From positions 1 through 19,006 of the forward strand of contig BAAFSQ010000191.1 in NCBI GenBank assembly GCA_054661495.1: a DNA stretch of 19,006 nucleotides, in the 5' to 3' direction. Origin of the DNA: Zygophlyctis sp. KS116. Lineage: Eukaryota > Fungi > Chytridiomycota. A program made the translations under genes and the position numbers. The notes under the pieces are model-generated. The model ran no database searches. It saw nothing but the letters and a program-made list of their open reading frames with translations, and had not been told where the DNA came from. Of this stretch, positions 16,654 to 19,006 are shown piece after piece (within the stretch, counting starts at the first letter, position 1; the number at the start of each line of letters is the position of its first letter).

Positions 16654-18704
16654 ATGATTGGACCAAATGACTTGAAAGACTTACAAAAACAGTTTCAACA
16701 AGACCCACAAATAGAATCTTTACCAGTAGAGGAGTATCTTGTTGAACACTTGGATTATCAATATATTGGAAAATGTACAGACATTAAAGAATTGCAATTG
16801 CTGCAAAATGTTTTAGAGAGTGGAAAAGAGGGATTTTATCCGCAACTTTTGGAATTTCTAAAGGAAAGAATTCAGACTATTCAGCCTGTAGAAAAAGAAA
16901 TTGTGGATTTTGTGGTATTTTATACTTTTTAATTTTAGAATTTGGCAAACGAATTGAAAGAAATGGAGAATTCTTTACAGGAAAAGTCTACTAAACAATG
17001 GACTCAAAATAAATCTCAAAATTTGAAGGAAACAAACACTAAAATTCAAAATCAACGAATTAAATCTGATGATTATCGGGCGTGGGAAAAGTTGGATCTA
17101 GACAAGGAATTGGAAAAGATTGATTCTTGTGACATTATGATTAAAGAGGGGAAGTTGTCCGAATTACCAAGTATTGAATCAAAGTTAAATATGGATATCT
17201 CAAAAATTAAACTAAAAAGTAAAGGTGAAATAGAAGTTTTGGCAGAACAAGAGAAAATTAAAGGGAATGAATGCTTTAAAGCTCAAGGTATTTAATCTAT
17301 TATAAAAAAAGAATATAATGATGCAATTGTATATTATACAAGAAGTTTGCAGTTATTGAAAAGAGCACACGTATTTACTAATAGAGCTAATGCTTTTTTG
17401 AAAATAGGGCAGTATGAAAGAGCAGAAATGGATTCTAGTGGTATTTACTAAATTTTAATATATAGCTGCGTTGGAGCTTAATGATACTCTATATATTTTT
17501 AAAGCTTATGTCCGAAGAGCTGAAGCAAGAAGAAAAAGAGGGAAATTATGGGATGCATTACAAGATATTGAATCTGCATTAAAAGTAGATCCAAAGTCTA
17601 ATTTAGCAATCAATCTACGCACTCAAATTGAAGCAGAATACAAAAAAGTTGAAGGAGACATGGCAAAGGATACCCGAGGCTCAAAGACTAGAATTAAAAT
17701 TGAAGAAGAAACTTCTGTAGTTGAGCTGAAGCCTTCAAGTATTACTGAAGTGACTGATGAAGAGGCTCATGAATTTATTCCACAAAAGACAAGGAATGAA
17801 GAGGATGTGAATATTCAAAAAATTGATGAGTTTATTCAAGGATTGCAGACATTAACGCCAACCGAGAAAATGGCCCAAAAAGTTGAAAATGGATCGACGG
17901 AAAAGAATCTTAAAAACGACTCAAAGCTGAAAATTCAAGACTGTGATAAAATTGATAATAATGATGATGAATTTAAGAGCGATGTAAATCAATCTACTTC
18001 AAATATCAATATTTATGACATGGAGGATATAGATGATGATTGCTGTGCTTTTGAAAAGGAATTAATGGAACTCAACTCTACAGTTATGGTTTCCGATATG
18101 GAAAAAGTAGACAAGGATTGTGAAACTTTCTTAGGCGAGCTATCAGCCACTGATTCTAAAATTCTAATTGAAGACGTGGAGGAGATGGATGGTGACTGTA
18201 ATTTCTTTGCGGAAACATTGGAAGGAGCTAACCAATTAAACGAATCGGCCCATGAATCTGAAAACGTACAATTAAAGGATGATTGCATTCATGTCTCTTC
18301 TGAATCCAGAAATATTTCATTTTCCCCTCCAAAATCTTCAGTTGAATTTGAGACGACTTGGAATTCTATAAAAGGAGATTTTAGACTATTTGCTACTTAC
18401 TTATCATGCATTCAAGACTGTGAACTGAAGCGCTTTTTGGGTTTGGTACACAATGCTGATTTACATATTGATTTAATACTATCCACCGAATTCATGACAG
18501 GTACTATCCTTTGAAATCTTACTTATAGATGCTGAAGTCATTCTAAATAATCTCGAGTTTTTGATTACTCTTCCGAGATTCAAGGTTGTAAAGAGCTTTA
18601 TGACACGAAAACAAAAGGCTGGACTTTCTGCAACTCTTATAAAGCTGAAATCAGGAATTAATGATAAGAGGATTGACCTTCTGATGACAACTTATAATGT
18701 TTAG
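16654..18704 (+). CDS. SPAG1: Sperm-associated antigen 1-like TPR co-chaperone (dynein arm assembly factor, RPAP3 family), ~649 aa
   Basis: SPAG1-type N-terminus VEHLDYQYIGKCTDIKEL...LESGKEGFYPQL; DYRAWEKLDLDKE; TPR clamp EKIKGNECFK..EY..AI.YYTRSL...FTNRA...KAYVRRA; RPAP3_C-like PPKSSVEFETTW...LPRF. Introns are at 16915-16938 (24 nt), 17288-17311 (24), 17441-17465 (25) and 18501-18528 (28). Confidence 0.85.
17921..18232 (+). repeat. Four degenerate 26-aa (78-nt) acidic repeats in the SPAG1 linker
   Basis: SKLKIQDCDKIDNNDDEF / SNINIYDMEDIDDDCCAF / STVMVSDMEKVDKDCETF / SKILIEDVEEMDGDCNFF begin exactly 26 residues apart. Confidence 0.7.
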
Positions 18705-18936
18705 ACAATAAAATTATTAATTTACTTAAAAGTATTTCCGTGAATTACTTTATGAATAAAACGTTAAGTTGTAGTCATCATAATTAGCTATGATACAATT
18801 ATATTGTTTTGCCCTTGAAAGCATTCTTTCATTTTGGTGTATAATATTCGAAGATATCAAACAAGTATTTTGATTACATTCAGTTATTTCTTGTAATTTT
18901 ATTAAATATTAAGGCGCATTTTTTCGAGTTTTTCGT

Positions 18937-19006
18937 GCCCGTATAGCTCAGTTGGCAGAGTGCCACTCTCGTAAAGTGGAGGTCCGCGGATCAATGCCGC
19001 GTGGGG
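18937..19006 (+). tRNA. trnT-CGT: tRNA-Thr(CGT), last few nucleotides cut off by the window end
   Basis: Cloverleaf: GCCCGTA TA GCTC-AGTTGGCA-GAGT G CCACT-CT CGT AA-AGTGG AGGTC CGCGG-ATCAATG-CCGCG TGGGG. The anticodon is at 18970-18972. Confidence 0.9.

Noticed and set aside
1-19006. Alternative genetic code, programmed frameshifting or prokaryotic origin as the cause of the fragmented ORFs
   Set aside because: All breaks in intact genes but one are resolved by GT-AG introns. TAA, TAG and TGA all terminate genes, and the gene content is eukaryotic.

Overview
AT-rich, very compact eukaryotic genomic DNA read in the standard code, most likely from a flagellated zoosporic fungus (chytrid-like). 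That assignment is inferred from Crinkler-type genes, a chytrid-type LRR relic, SPAG1, CEP57 and a fungal-type complex I accessory subunit. The ORF track is fragmented because most genes are split by very small GT-AG introns: I resolved 28 by hand, 21-35 nt long, plus one ambiguous junction. The left ~3 kb is an accessory block: the 3' end of a CRN/RHS-type REase gene, a complete CRN gene with a possibly HEPN-like C-terminus, and an LRR pseudogene. The rest is a dense housekeeping block: DDIAS-like OB-fold, complex I 17.8 kDa-like subunit, BCP/Dot5 peroxiredoxin, VOC/glyoxalase, TFIP11, PlsB/GPAT-type acyltransferase, an orphan tyrosine-recombinase-like core-binding domain, CEP57, F-box/SPRY, TAF10, a short-repeat ankyrin protein with a possible signal peptide, SPAG1 and tRNA-Thr(CGT). 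The main signals are the miniature introns with a candidate branch A 7-9 nt from the 3' end, spacers of 16-25 bp or overlaps between CDSs, and a recurring AACCCT/AGGGTT element next to start codons. All family calls come from motif recognition; no database searches were run.
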